Part shown: positions 13,113-26,779 of the stretch, piece by piece | Numbering within the stretch: the stretch's first letter is position 1 | Layout: every line of letters starts with the position of its first letter | Origin: Eledone cirrhosa | Lineage: Eukaryota | Length of the DNA stretch: 64,000 nucleotides | Direction of reading: 5' to 3' | NCBI GenBank assembly: GCA_964016885.1 | Contig: OZ024747.1 | Span: 21,018,001 to 21,082,000 of the forward strand | Position numbers and translations under genes: made by a program | Notes under the pieces: generated by a model | The model's database searches: none | Told to the model about the DNA's origin: nothing | Seen by the model: the letters and a program-made list of their open reading frames with translations, nothing else

Positions 13113-13955
13113 TATATATATATATATATATATGAATAAATAAGCACAGCTGATACCTAAATATAAGTATGCATACTTACATTTATGTATCAGCTGTGCT
13201 AGGGCAAAAAATAAAATTATAATTTTATTTTTTTTATATATATAAATACATAGATATATATGTGTGTATATATATATATGAATTGAAGGATGTGTAACTC
13301 TGATATATAGATTATTTATTATTAAGATGTATAAACTTGACATAACTATTATCATCTTATATTCTCTCAACTAATCACATTTGATTATATTTCTCTATCC
13401 CGTTTTCTCCCCCATATTTATAATATTTTTATTTGAAAAAATCGGTTTTTTTACATTGTGTTTTTCCCTTTCTAATACTTGCTTATATTTCCTTATATAT
13501 TCTCTATATATTTTTATATATATATTTTTTATCTTTATTCTTATTTTCACTTTTATCCTCCTTTATATTTTACCTTATTCTTACTTTTATACCTTCTTAT
13601 AGTGTAATCTTCCCCATGCCTTATTATACATTATTAATTATAGATTATTATTATTACTCTTTTTCCATTTCTAATTACCTCATGTACTTTCTCCTCCGTT
13701 ATATATATATTGTATGCCCTTTGTGTGTAGCCTCTGCACGCCCTCTGCACCTTACTATTGACGCCACCCCATCTATGGCTCAACTAACGACTCGACTCCC
13801 GGGAATGAATATGACCACAGCTAGTAAACAAGGACCCACACCCCACCCTCCCACACCAAAATTAGACTTATTGTCCCCTGCTTTTGCTCTTTACTCTCTT
13901 TACTCTTTGTTCTTGAATGTTTAGTTGATAGAGTCCATAACACCAATCAAACCCC

Positions 13956-14015
13956 TTTTATAGCTCTGACGAATCCTACGGTTATGTAAGGAAGAAACAT
14001 TGTAAGCCAATAAAA
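13956..14015 (+). ncRNA. Type I hammerhead ribozyme
   Basis: TTTTATAGCT-CTGACGA-aTCCTAC(ggttat)GTAAGGAa-GAA-ACattGT-A/AGCCAATAAAA. Confidence 0.7.
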
Positions 14016-16380
14016 AAATCTTTTGATGTTGTAGACGCTCTTGTGTTCTTTATCATATATATATATATATATATACATACAGAGAGAGAGAAGGTAAATT
14101 ATATGAGTTGATGATACAAGTGTATAAGGTATTCAGATATTTAAAGCTCTAATGGTATTTTGTCAACAGCCAGATTGATGAAACACATTTCAGAGATAAA
14201 TCCAATTTGTAGATTTCCTGTCATTGTAGATTTTCAAAATATATATATGTGTGTGTGTGCATGTGTGTGTGTGCATGTGTGTGTGCATGCTTACGTATCA
14301 TCTCAGCTGATCTTCAGATTAAAGCAGAGAAAAATCTCCTGCCAGATGTTTTGTTCCACCATCATTGTTGATATTTTCGATATAAATACACTCAAACACA
14401 CACTCCTACACCTGTGCCTCAATGCACACACATATACACACACATCATTGAATTGAATTTGTATCCCCTCCTTCATGTACAACCTCTCCCCACCATATAC
14501 TTCAGCTACCCCACTCCCACCCCCACCCCCATCTCTTACTTGATGGATTTCAAAGCAACACTAGACAATTCCAGGATGTTAGGCAAGTGGATGGGTTTGG
14601 GATGGAATGGATAGAAAAGGGAACGAGAAATATCCTTTTATTTTTTTAAAAAGGGATTTAAGACTGGAATTCAGTATATTTGGTGGGTGTTGTCAACTCT
14701 CTTCCTCCTGTAAAATGGAAGAGGGAAGAATATATCTTCTGGCTCGCTTTACTCCTCCCATTACTGCCAACACCACCACTATATCACCACATACTTCCAA
14801 CTACAAACTACTAATGTCTTTAAATCCAAGGAGAGAGTCAATATGATCGCTTGAACTGCTAGAAATAGCAGCAAACTCTCCCTCAGATCGCACCCCTATT
14901 GTCTTAAAACATAAGGACACAGGAAAAAGATAACAGTGATTCACAGCTCGACCTGACAACTACATCGTTACTACTAACAACAATATTAAGGACAATAAGA
15001 ATTATATTAACAACATCTGTAAGATGATTAATGAACTATAGTGTTGGAGTGTATTAGTAGTGGTGGTGGCAGCGACGACGGGGTGTTCTCTTTTATGGTA
15101 ACTAGGGCAGCAGATCGGGTATATTATAAGGACAAAGTACAAAAAAGGTTTATATATTGAGTATGAGAGGTAACCAGACCACACACCCTATAAATAACAA
15201 CAGTAACCATAATATTAATAATAATTGTAAAAATATTAATTATGAGGGTGATGGTTAAGATGATGATGATCATCATCATTGCTACCGTTTTACGTCCATT
15301 CTTCCACACTAGCATGTTGTGGGCAATGCCAGGTCAGGCGACAGTGTCTTGCTCATTCAGAACTGATTCTGGCTTGATTTCTACAGCTGGATGCCCTTCC
15401 TAACGCCAACCTCATTTACAGTGAGTACAATAATAATAATAATAATAATTGTTTCTACTTTTGGCACAAAGCCAGGAATTATCCCAGTGCATTACTGGTA
15501 CTTTATTTCATAAACCCCGTAAGGATGAAAAGGGGATGATTTCTTTTATCAGCCACAAGGATACAAGCTCTTGGTGATAGTACAAGAGCAAAACAAAAAC
15601 TTTAGTAGCAAGAGATAGTGCAATGACGGTCAAGGAGCTACATGGCAAGATTAAACCTTTTGATACTAAAGTGCCGAAAATCACCCTCGTTTTATAATAC
15701 AAAGCTCCTCATTTTAAAATATTCATATTCATATTCAAACCTTCAATCAAATTATTTTAAAAGAAATTTCTAAGTATTATTCCAAACAGCAGCTTATTAA
15801 GGGTTTCTAATTTTAGGTACAATTATATTGATCCCAGTATTTGTCTAGTACTTTATTTTATTGACCTCAGAAGGATGAAAGGAGAACTTGACCTCAGCAG
15901 GGTTTGAACACAAAATGTAAAAGGCTGGAACAAATGCTGCAAAGTATTTTGACCAACACTCTAAACAATTCTGCCAATCCACTGCCAATCCACTGCCTTC
16001 TATCAGCTTAATAATGAGAAAGTTAATTATTTTGTTAAATTCCTCCAAAGTTTTTATGATTTTTGAAAATTAATTGAAAAACATAGGCAGAGTATTTCAT
16101 TAAAAATACTGTAATAAATTGAACAGTATCAAGAGAGGCAGATCAATCAACAAATAACAATAACAATCATCATTATCATCATCGTTTAACGTCCATCTTT
16201 CACGCTAGCATGGGTAGGACAAGTTGTTCCTTTGTGAGGGATCAGGTCAATATGAATAACAAAATAACAAGAAAGGGAGAAACCACTCCAGTTCGACTAC
16301 AATAAAACAAAGTACCAGTAAGGCACTGGGATAATTGCTGGCCTTGTGCCAAAAGTAGAAACAATTATTATTATTAGTAA

Positions 16381-17010
16381 AGGATTGGCAGTATCGGTAA
16401 AGGGTTGGACGCTATGCTTTGCAGCATAGAGTTATGACTCTTTATGATCTGAGTTCAAATCCCGCCGAGCTTAACTTTGCCTTTCATCCTTACGTGGTCG
16501 GTAGAATAAAGTACTTAGTAGTCATGCACTGGGGTCGATTTAATCGACTTTCCACTCCTCCCAAATTGCTGGCCTTGTGCCTATATAATTTATTGGTAAA
16601 TTCAAAATGGCAGTTAATTGTCTGTATCAGTAGAGCATTGATCAAAATAATTTGTGGTATTTAGTTACAAATTTCTACATTCCTTTACATCTTTCCAGGT
16701 GGATAAAATAAAGTACCAGTTAACTACTGGTTCAATATTGTCAACTTTTCCCTTACCCAGAAAATTGCTAGCCTTGTTCCAATGTTAGAATTATTATCAG
16801 TAAATTAGCAAAATCCAGTAGAGTCAGGTACAAAATAGTTTGTGATATTTGATATCCCCTTTATGTTCTTATTTCAAATCACACTAACATCAACTTTACT
16901 TTTCATCCTTTTGGGGTCAATACGATAAAGTACCAGTCAAATACTGGGTTCAATTTAATCAATATTCTCCTTCCTCCAAATTACTGGCATTGTACCAACG
17001 TTAGAAAGAA
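16381..17010 (+). mobile_element. Three tandem SINE family N copies (one well preserved, two decayed)
   Basis: GGATTGGCAGTATCGG...GAGTTCAAATCCCGCCGAG...; the motif AAAGTACCAG recurs in the decayed copies. Confidence 0.7.
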
Positions 17011-17154
17011 TAATGATAATGATAACAATAATAATAATAATTAGTATAATGAGGTTTAGGATAATAATTAGCATAATAATAGTTAATATAGTGAGGATCA
17101 TAATAATGATAATTATAATAACAATAATGATAAAGATGATGATGATAGTAATAA

Positions 17155-17363
17155 TGGTTTCTTATATAGGCACAAGGCCAGCAATTTTTGGGGAGGGGAA
17201 AGTCGATTAAATTAACCTCAGTGCATGACTGGTACTTTATTTTATTGACCCCCGTAAGGATGAAAGACAAAGTTAACCTCGGCGGGATTTGAACTCAGAT
17301 CGTAAAGGGACGTAACTATGCTGGAAAGCGTGGCGTCCAACCCTCTACCGATACTGCCAATCC
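17155..17363 (-). mobile_element. SINE family N copy
   Basis: Contains CTCGGCGGGATTTGAACTCAG and CCGATACTGCCAATCC. Confidence 0.8.
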
Positions 17364-17389
17364 AGTAATAATAATAATATCAATAATAA

Positions 17390-17700
17390 TAAGGAAATGG
17401 AGGAACTCTCCAAATATAAAGATCTAGAGGTAGAAATAACTTGAATGAGGAAAATGAAAATAGAAACAATACCTATAATAATAGGTGCTCTGGGAATGAT
17501 AAAAAAAAACACAGACAAATACATAACCAAAACCCCAAGACTTACAAATATATACAGCAAGCAAAAGCTAGCACTACTAGGCACTGTACACATATTACAA
17601 AAAGTACTATCAATACAATAGAAACATCAGCAAAAATACATTGCTCATACCCAAGGCACACAGAGCTGTGCTCAGTAAAGCAGTAATAATGCACAATAAA
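17390..17700 (+). mobile_element. R4/Dong-type LINE 3' end (RLE domain C-terminus), decayed
   Basis: Translates KEMEELSKYKDLEVEIT*MRKMKIETIPIIIGALGMIKK...LLGTVHILQKVLSIQ, with (AAT)n on both sides. Confidence 0.75.
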
Positions 17701-19745
17701 AATAATAATGGAAATAATAATAATAATGACAACAAAGATAATTATAATTATGTTGTTGTTGTGGGTTGGGAAAGAATAAATATGAATATGATAAAGCCTA
17801 CAAACATTTCATATTTGTGTCAACCAAGTACTGTTGTTACTAACAATGAAGACTCGTCACTCTTTTGAAGGATATACCTCACCCCTTCTGACAACATCCT
17901 ACTCCACTCCAGCTGATGATGTTGATAAACAAAGACTTCCAACTCAGCTATCAGTCATCAAAAATGTGAAAAAAAAGCAAATGTGCAATTTTATCGTCAC
18001 AATTATGGCACAGTAAAAATATTCTTTATATTGAAAATAGAAAAAAGATATATTTATATATGGTTCAATGTTAGTGCCACAAAAAAAAGATGCACCCAGT
18101 CCACTCTGTAAGGTGGTAGTGCTAATGCCATGAAAAAAGCTCTCAGTACATGCTGCAAAAGAAGTTGGTGTTTGGAAAGACATCTAAACCAAAAGCAACA
18201 TATGAGCAAGACATGGTCACCTGACCTGACTGATCTCATAATGTGATAGTTCATCTGAGTCATGCAAGCATGGAAAATAGACATGAAAGTTTATAATTAT
18301 AATGATATTGTTCTGAATATGGTGTGGTATATCATCATTATCAGCCTTTCCATATTGACATTAGTTGGACTGATGATTATGATGCAAGTCAATTTCTTTT
18401 CAGAGTTATTGTCCTCCTAGACAGGAAGGAGGTTTACATCTTACTCATACACTCTAATTTGCATAACACTAACCCCTAAAAAGAGTGCGCTGGATGCATG
18501 ATACTAACTCTAAAGAACTTGCCATGCCCCTAGATGGAAAAGAACCCTTGCCACTTTTTGATGTCACTTTTCTTTTAAGGAATATGTACTGGAGAGTGTA
18601 TTTAAAGGGCAGTAATAGCCAAGAGGTTAAATAAAGAAAGAAAGAGTAGGAAAATGTGTGTGAAAAGAGAAAATTGATAGGATGTTAGGGAAGGGAAGTA
18701 ATAATTCTTCTAATATTCGTCTAAGATCAGCAATTTGGGGGAAAGGGAAAGTCTATTCAATCAAACCCTGTACTTCACTCAAGCCCCACCCCCATCCCGA
18801 AGGACAGATGGGTTGTCATAATTATGATTAAGGAGTCCCAGCTACCCCAGTTTTGAAATCAGAGTGATTCTTCTCCAAGACAGACTGCCACACAAGGCTG
18901 ATGAGTAACTGGTTTTAAGGTGCCATGCATACATAATACTGTTGTGGATTTATAATTAACCAGGGACAAAACACTAATAACAATGACAACAACAGTATCA
19001 ACATAAGTTGCATATCTCCATGGATCTTTAGAACTCAGAAAAGGATTAACAGAAATATAGAAATATAAATGTAAGACAAAAAAAGCTTCCTGCTAAGAAT
19101 TGTAAACTGGGTCAGGGGCTCAATGTTCAGAGAACATAAATCTCACAATAATCTTTATGATTACCAACACCATCTCTTTCACTACCATCTCTCCTACACA
19201 AACAACAACAGCACTATTATCGACTCTGAAAATAATACCCCTACCATTACTAACAACATTACTCATAATAATAGTCATAATAATAATGATAAAATTTTGA
19301 AATAAGCTTGGGGTTGTATTCATGACTTTTATTCCAAAAAATGTTGGAGTAAATTCTCACATTCCTCTAATATTCCATTGCATATTTTTATGTTGTTAAC
19401 ATGTTCCTTTTTTACTGTGTTATCTTGATTTTTATTATATTCTACCAATTTATTTATTTTATTCATCTATTACTATTTTATCATTGGGAACGTTTTAAAT
19501 GTTACAACTTAGTTACAATGAAAAAAAGAAAGACAAAGATAGAGAGAAGATTGGTGCTGGGCCTTTTGACATCGTATAAGTTTATTGGTTTAACATAACC
19601 AGATTGCTGATCAAAACAGAGCTAGGCAGGCTACTTTCACTCTCACTTTTAGTAGCTTTGCTATTAAATTGGGACCAGTTAACATATTCACTTCTAAGTA
19701 AATCCTTTACAGCAGTAGGAAATTTGATTTCATGAAGATGTGTAT

Positions 19746-19792
<47 letters not shown>

Positions 19793-19972
19793 GTATGTGT
19801 GTGTATGCATGCATAAGGGTCTGCATATATGTGTGCTTATCTATTTCCCAATCTCTGAAAATTATGAGGTGTACGTGTTTGTATGCAAGGCTTAAGAGGC
19901 ATACAATCATTCTCTGTCAGTTGTCTGTTTGTGTGTCTGCCTGTTTGTTTCTATATATAGGCATGCATGTGC

Positions 19973-20027
<55 letters not shown>

Positions 20028-20135
20028 TTATGTATGTGTTTATATATACATATATACATGTAAATATATACACACATATATATATGGTTATATATATATG
20101 GTTATATATATATATATATATCATATTAAAAATAA

Positions 20136-20232
20136 TCTTATAAATAGATAGATTTGACATACCTTACACTTCAACTTCCATTTAAAATGGAAGTTGAAGT
20201 GTAAGGTATGTCAAATCTATCTATTTATAAGA
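20136..20232. repeat. Perfect 97-bp palindrome (48-bp arms)
   Basis: TCTTATAAATAGATAGATTTGACATACCTTACACTTCAACTTCCATTT-A-AAATGGAAGTTG...TATAAGA. Confidence 0.9.
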
Positions 20233-20311
20233 CTGTTTATATGGTTATATATATATATATATATATGGTTATATATATATGGTTATATGTGGTTATATAT
20301 ATGGTTAGATA

Positions 20312-20658
20312 TATCATCATCATTTCATCATTTCATTTTACGTCCGCTTTTCCCTGCTTCCAAGGGTGAGACGGGAATTGATGCTGGCTTGATTTCTACA
20401 GCTGGATGCCCTTCCTAACACCAACCTCATTTACAGTGAGTGCTGGGTGCTTTTTTGCCGTGGCACCTACACGTCCACTTTACAGTGGAAGGATAGGGAC
20501 CCCAGTCCCTATCATCTCATTTCTACAGCTGAGTAAACTGGAGCAATGTGAAATAAAGTGTCTTGCTCAAGGAAACAACACATCACCCGGTCTCAGAATT
20601 GAACTCACAACCTTTCGATTGCAAACCCAATGCTCTAACCACTAAGCCATGTGCCTCC
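20312..20658 (-). mobile_element. SINE family T, full length
   Basis: Near-identical to 5461-5804. Confidence 0.85.
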
Positions 20659-20663
20659 ATTGA

Positions 20664-21310
<647 letters not shown>

Positions 21311-21654
21311 TATAGATGTAGTTATTCTGCTAGAAAACAGATACCAATCCTATATGATATAGTAGATAGTGCTAAGATTGACATTCTACCATAAAAACGT
21401 CTATGCCAATTACTTATGCAAATGTATAGATTTTCAGACCATCCCACCTATGTATGTTAAAAGAAAAAGAAAATATAAAAAGCTACATGAAATGCATACC
21501 TAGGCACATTGACTATTGAGTAGATAAAGTTGTAGACAATTGATTTACAGATGCTAGTTTTACCTATTCCATTTCCTAATACTTTCTTCTGCTTCTTCTG
21601 TTCTTGTTGCTTTCTTCTCTTTTTTTTGTTTCTTTTGTACTCTTTCTTTCTTTT

Positions 21655-21773
21655 CTTCTTCTGCTTCTTCTTCTTCTTCTTCTTCTTCTTCTTCTTCTTC
21701 TTCTTCTTCTTCTTCTTCTTCTTCTTCTTCTTCCTTCCTTCCTTCCTTCCTTCCTTCCTTCCTTCCTTCCTTC
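21655..21773. repeat. (CTT)n / (CTTC)n microsatellite
   Basis: Direct reading. Confidence 0.95.
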
Positions 21774-22534
21774 GCCAGGCACTAAATTCTCAGTCGTTAG
21801 AGAGGCCAGTAGATTGGCAGAAGTGTTAGACCACCAGAGAAAATGCTCTGAGGTAGTTAGTTATGGCCCTTTATGTTCTGAGTTCAAAAACTGTTAGCAT
21901 TGTGCTTAAATTAGAGACCATAGGCAAAAATGCCTTGTGGTATTTGTTCCAACCCTCTGTGATCTGAGTACAAATCTTGCCTTAGTCAACTTTCATTTTC
22001 ATCCTTTCAGAGCTGATAAAATAAAGTACCAATCCAGAGTGATGGACTGGCAGAATTGTTAGAGAGTTGGTCAAAATGTTTTGTGGCATTTGTTCCAGTT
22101 GTTTGTGTTGTGAGTTCAAATCCTGCTGTGACTGAATTGGTTGGTAGACTTAAATTGTCACATGCTTTAATGCTAAAGAACTAGTGAATAATGCATTGCG
22201 GAATAGTTAAGAAGTTTGCTTCAGAAACATACATGTGTCAAGAAGGATCAGCCACATACATATTAATTTCATGAGCAGTTAATCAAACTGGAACAATTAT
22301 CTTCAAAACCATTAGAAGTCCCTTTTTCATGATTCCATATTTCAGCCATGGGACTCAACATCACTTTAATTCCTTTATATATCAAAGCAAGAAAGCTAAG
22401 TGTGTAAGATATGTGCTTGTGTTTATATATATAAGGAAGAATAAGGCAGTATGTTAGAAGCTTGAGCACTGAAGGAACAATATCAAAATATTCTTCTTGA
22501 ACATATTACAGTATAAATAACAAATTACATAATA

Positions 22535-22593
22535 GCTGTCTGATGAGGTAGTATCTATTTCATAATCGATACCATTGAAATGCTTATAACAGC
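22535..22593 (+). ncRNA. Type I hammerhead ribozyme
   Basis: GCTGT-CTGATGA-GGTAGTATC(loop)GATACCATT-GAA-ATgcttAT-A/ACAGC. Confidence 0.75.
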
Positions 22594-24294
22594 AATGATG
22601 TAATTAATAAAATGGTGTATGATCCCAACATACTGCCTTATTATTCATAAGTATACCAAAACACTGTGATACATGATTACATCACAGTCAGGAAAGTATA
22701 CTATGTTGAGTGCTTAATACTGCATATACAAGTGTTAGTTGATCAATAATATTGGATTGACAAACACAAACGGACCATATATATATATATATATATATAT
22801 ATAAAGATTAGCTGGCAATGTATATCTTGCTTTTTCTATATTGTACTCCATCCCACACTTGTTTCCCCCTCACCTCTTTCAATTCTTTTTTCGATATTCT
22901 CCTATTGTCTTTTAGTTTTCCTCATATTTTATCACCCGCTAACTTCCCCATCCCAACAAAGATGTAATGCACACATTCAGACTTGCTTTCTTTTGTTCTG
23001 CAGCTTGAAATAGACAAACATCTTCAGAAAAAAAAGAAAATTATCCTTCTCTATTATCTATATTTATTCATAAAATTAAATTTAGGAGGGTGATGAATAT
23101 AGACTTTGTACATATAAAAATATGTTTTACATCAAATATAAATGTAAAAAGGATACATGCATATTCTTGTGTCATCAACATCACTGTCATCATCACCACT
23201 GTTTAACATTTATTTTCCATGTCTGCATGGGTTAAACGGGCTGTGTACATACTCTGACTTGATTAGTCTTGCTTCTACATTCAGCCTTTGACTAGGTCTT
23301 TACAACTGGATACTTTTCCTAATGTTAATCATTTTACAGCTTTGCTCGTGGTACCAGTTCAACCACCTTACAGGATTGACTGGGAGGTTTTGGTCATTGC
23401 ATCGCATGGTGACCTTATAGGGTTGACTGTATGCTTTTTTTCTTGTGGCATCTGCACATTTGTTAATCATCATTTTCCTTACATAGCCCATATGGAATAT
23501 CTTGTGCTTCAGAGTTTGTTTTGTAGAAACTTAATGAATAAACAAAACTAAAAGGAAAAATATGAACTGAGTATAAAAAAGACTTTTATTTTAATAGAAT
23601 TACACTGAATTTTGTCAGGTTGATTAATACAGATGACATGTTCCCAAGAATAATTACATCCTGTATCCGCAGCTGAAAGAAATAATTGAAATTCTAGGTA
23701 TTGTGAGAAAATAACAATGAATAAAGCTTACTTTATTCAATGTTATATGATATATATATACACATTTTTGATAATATATGACTTCAACTAATTTCATATT
23801 TAGTGTTCAGTGTGTAATATATTTTACTTGTTATGACATACCTCTTGTGTATTTCACTATGTTTTCCTGTGCATATGCCCACTACCCAACCTCTTTCTCT
23901 TCTGTGTAGCTATAACCTGCCCTCACAGGGGAATGCAGAAAGGGGGATATATTTTATTTTTTACCTCTTACTGTAACTTTCTCTCCCATACTGTTACTAC
24001 CTTTTTTTCCTTTCTCTTTTGCTTAAAATCATGTTTTTATTGCCTCTGAATTTATCTTTTGCTTAAAATCATGTTTTCATTGCCTCTGAATTCAAGTCAT
24101 ATTATGTCCTACTTAACCCATCGTCCAGTTTAACACCACCAGCTAGCATTTAAGTGTGATAGCTGCAACAATATTATTAAAAAGAACGGTGTTTATCTTA
24201 AATAATCCTTTTAAAAACAAGAAAATTGTTTCCAATTTATGTTATTTTGCACAGAAAAATTCATCAATAGCACACTTTTCTTTACTTCAGCAAC

Positions 24295-24510
24295 TTAACC
24301 CTTTAGCATTTACATTACTCTATATATACTATTGTATTTTCACAGAAAAACCTTTACCTCACATAATATCGAATCTATGAGATTTTGATATTATTTATTT
24401 TGAAAACAATACCTCCATATCCATATGAGTGGCCAGTTACAGCAGGTTTGAACAGAAAGAGGTGAGAGAATTCTGGCTTGATATGGCCAGTTTAAGTGCT
24501 AAAAGGTTAA
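24295..24510. mobile_element. piggyBac-type MITE copy
   Basis: TTAACCCTTTAGCATTTA ... TAAGTGCTAAAAGGTTAA. Confidence 0.75.
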
Positions 24511-24789
24511 ATAGACCATGAGAATATTAAAACCTCTAAATATTGACACATCCAGTTGGATAGACATTTTACACTATTGAAGTTCTGCAGTTTTATAAAT
24601 GTAGGATTTTATTGTATTTTTACCTAAAGGAATACACTTTATAGGTTCTGATTTCTTCTTCATACCCAGTTTTGATGACTTTCCTTTACAGCAGAAATAT
24701 CTCCTCCAATAGTATCTGGCATTCCTATTTGTTTGCTGTTTTATTATTTTCTTGTTTTCTTTTCTGGTATAAAATATCTTCATTTCCCT

Positions 24790-24995
24790 TTTAAATACGA
24801 GAAGGTGACTTAAGAAAAAGACATTAAGGCTGGATGGTTTCCAAACCTTTCATTCAATGCCATAAAAACTTGAAAATATCTGTTTTACTTATCTCAATGG
24901 ATCATCTCAATGTGGTCTTTCATCTTTGAAGGCTTCATTGCATCATTTCCAAATACCTTTTCACATGACAAATATATAGGTATTGTCTCATTAGT
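24790..24995 (-). pseudogene. hAT Buster/Charlie (ZBED5/SCAND3-like) transposase N-terminal relic
   Basis: Translation PIYLSCEKVFGNDAMKPSKMKDHIEMIH resembles the BED-finger motif C..C...F.N.AMKPS.L..H....H. Confidence 0.65.
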
Positions 24996-26304
24996 GATCA
25001 AAGTCCAAATTTTACCAATGTCAACCTTGCTTTTTATCTTTGCAAGCTCAATAAAATTAAGTAACAATTCAGAATTGTAGATTGGTAGAATTGTTAGTGG
25101 TATTTGTTCAAATCCCACTTGTTTTATACTACCACCTGTTTTACGGATGCCTTTAGACTACTTGTTTTAGGGACCCTACATCAACTCTCACAAGTCCCGA
25201 GAGCCCTACAAATGGTCATTGACACTGACTAACCAGTAAGAATAACATTTTTCAAGTAAAAATAAAAATATTTTTTCAATTATACTTTCAAATGAATTAA
25301 AAGTATTTTTACTTTTATTTAATCATGTGTTCTTATTTAATATTCATAAAGACATTAAACTCATATAAACTATGAAATATATTATTCATATTATGCACAT
25401 ATCCAGAGTATAGATGTGGCCAATTTTTGCAAAGTTTTCCATTTTGGGTGTTAAAGAAAACTAATGCTGCATTTGGGTTAGAAGGCAATTAAATTTACAC
25501 ACAACTCAGTATTGATTTAGTCATTGTATGTCAATGACCTGAAAAACATGCCATTGGTAATGTAAAAGCTTTCCAGTACCTGGAAGATCTCATCCACCAA
25601 CCAAAAATCTCAATTTTACCACATATTTACAATGCTGATTTATAATTTAGGAACAAGGCCAACAAATTTTGTGGGGAAGAGCAAAGTTAATTAAATCAAT
25701 CCCAGTATTTAATTGGTACTTTGTTTCATCGACCTCAGAAGGATAAAAAGCCAAGTTGGCTTTGGCAATATTTGAATTAAAAATATAAAGAACTACAACA
25801 AATTTGCAGTGGTACTTTATCCAACGCTCAACCAATTCTGCCAATCCATCTGCTGATAGATTTTAGGAATCCTGAATAAAACTTCTAACAACATTTGACT
25901 TTTTAAAACAGAAAGTAATTTATAAGATGAATTCCTACAAACCATATATAACTAGATCAAATCGCATTGCTCAAATATTTCTAAAGCAACCTATATATAT
26001 ATATATACATTTATATATATATGTGAATTTATATATATATGTGCATATATATATATATATATATATCTGAATGTATACATGTATGTGCATATATATGTGT
26101 ATATATATATACATAAGTGTGTGTGTGTGTGTGTATGCAAGGAATAGCAGATGTAAAAACGATGATGATGATAATCATCATGACTGATTGAATACACATT
26201 TGTGTTTTTTTCTCATTTTTTTCCCCTTTCATCCTTCTCACTCTTTACCTTTCTATTTCATCTTTTATTTCAAATTCTATTTTCTGATGAAGAACTAGGG
26301 TGTA

Positions 26305-26356
<52 letters not shown>

Positions 26357-26449
26357 TGTATGTATGTATGTATGTATGTATATATGTATGTATGTATGTA
26401 TGTATATATGTATGTATGTATGTATATATGTATGTATGTATGTATATAT

Positions 26450-26770
26450 GTCACCAGTTGGTGCTACTGGTAACATGTATCCCAGTACAACCTGTCCCAT
26501 GGTCGGGTCGTTGGCGACTAAACTGGCAACCCCACCAAGGTTTCTTGGTGAGGAGGGTGGAAAACTCTGATATAACAACTGCAACCCTGATGGTATACAA
26601 TGATGTTGACTTGTTCTTCTTTTTGGTAAATATCATCTTGGTTAAGAGAGTGGGACTGGCTTTGTGCAGTGCCTTTGCTCACTATAAAAGCTTCACGGCA
26701 CAGGCATTGCTTTATATCTGGAGATCTCTCTGCACTTGTCGTCACATGGTACCATGGGCCCAGCATTATG
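26450..26770 (-). mobile_element. Possible 3' end of a Penelope/Poseidon-type PLE
   Basis: Translation W.HVTT.AE.....Q...REAFIVS.......LNQDD resembles the GIY-YIG C-terminal R..EA..I....LN.D motif; abuts (TATG)n. Confidence 0.35.
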
Positions 26771-26779
26771 TGTCAATAA

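Noticed and set aside
24015-24092. ~40-bp tandem duplication
   Set aside because: An ordinary local duplication with no further structure.
26275-26305. CTGATGA after a T-rich pLTR-like tract
   Set aside because: It is truncated by a microsatellite and the rest of the ribozyme is absent.
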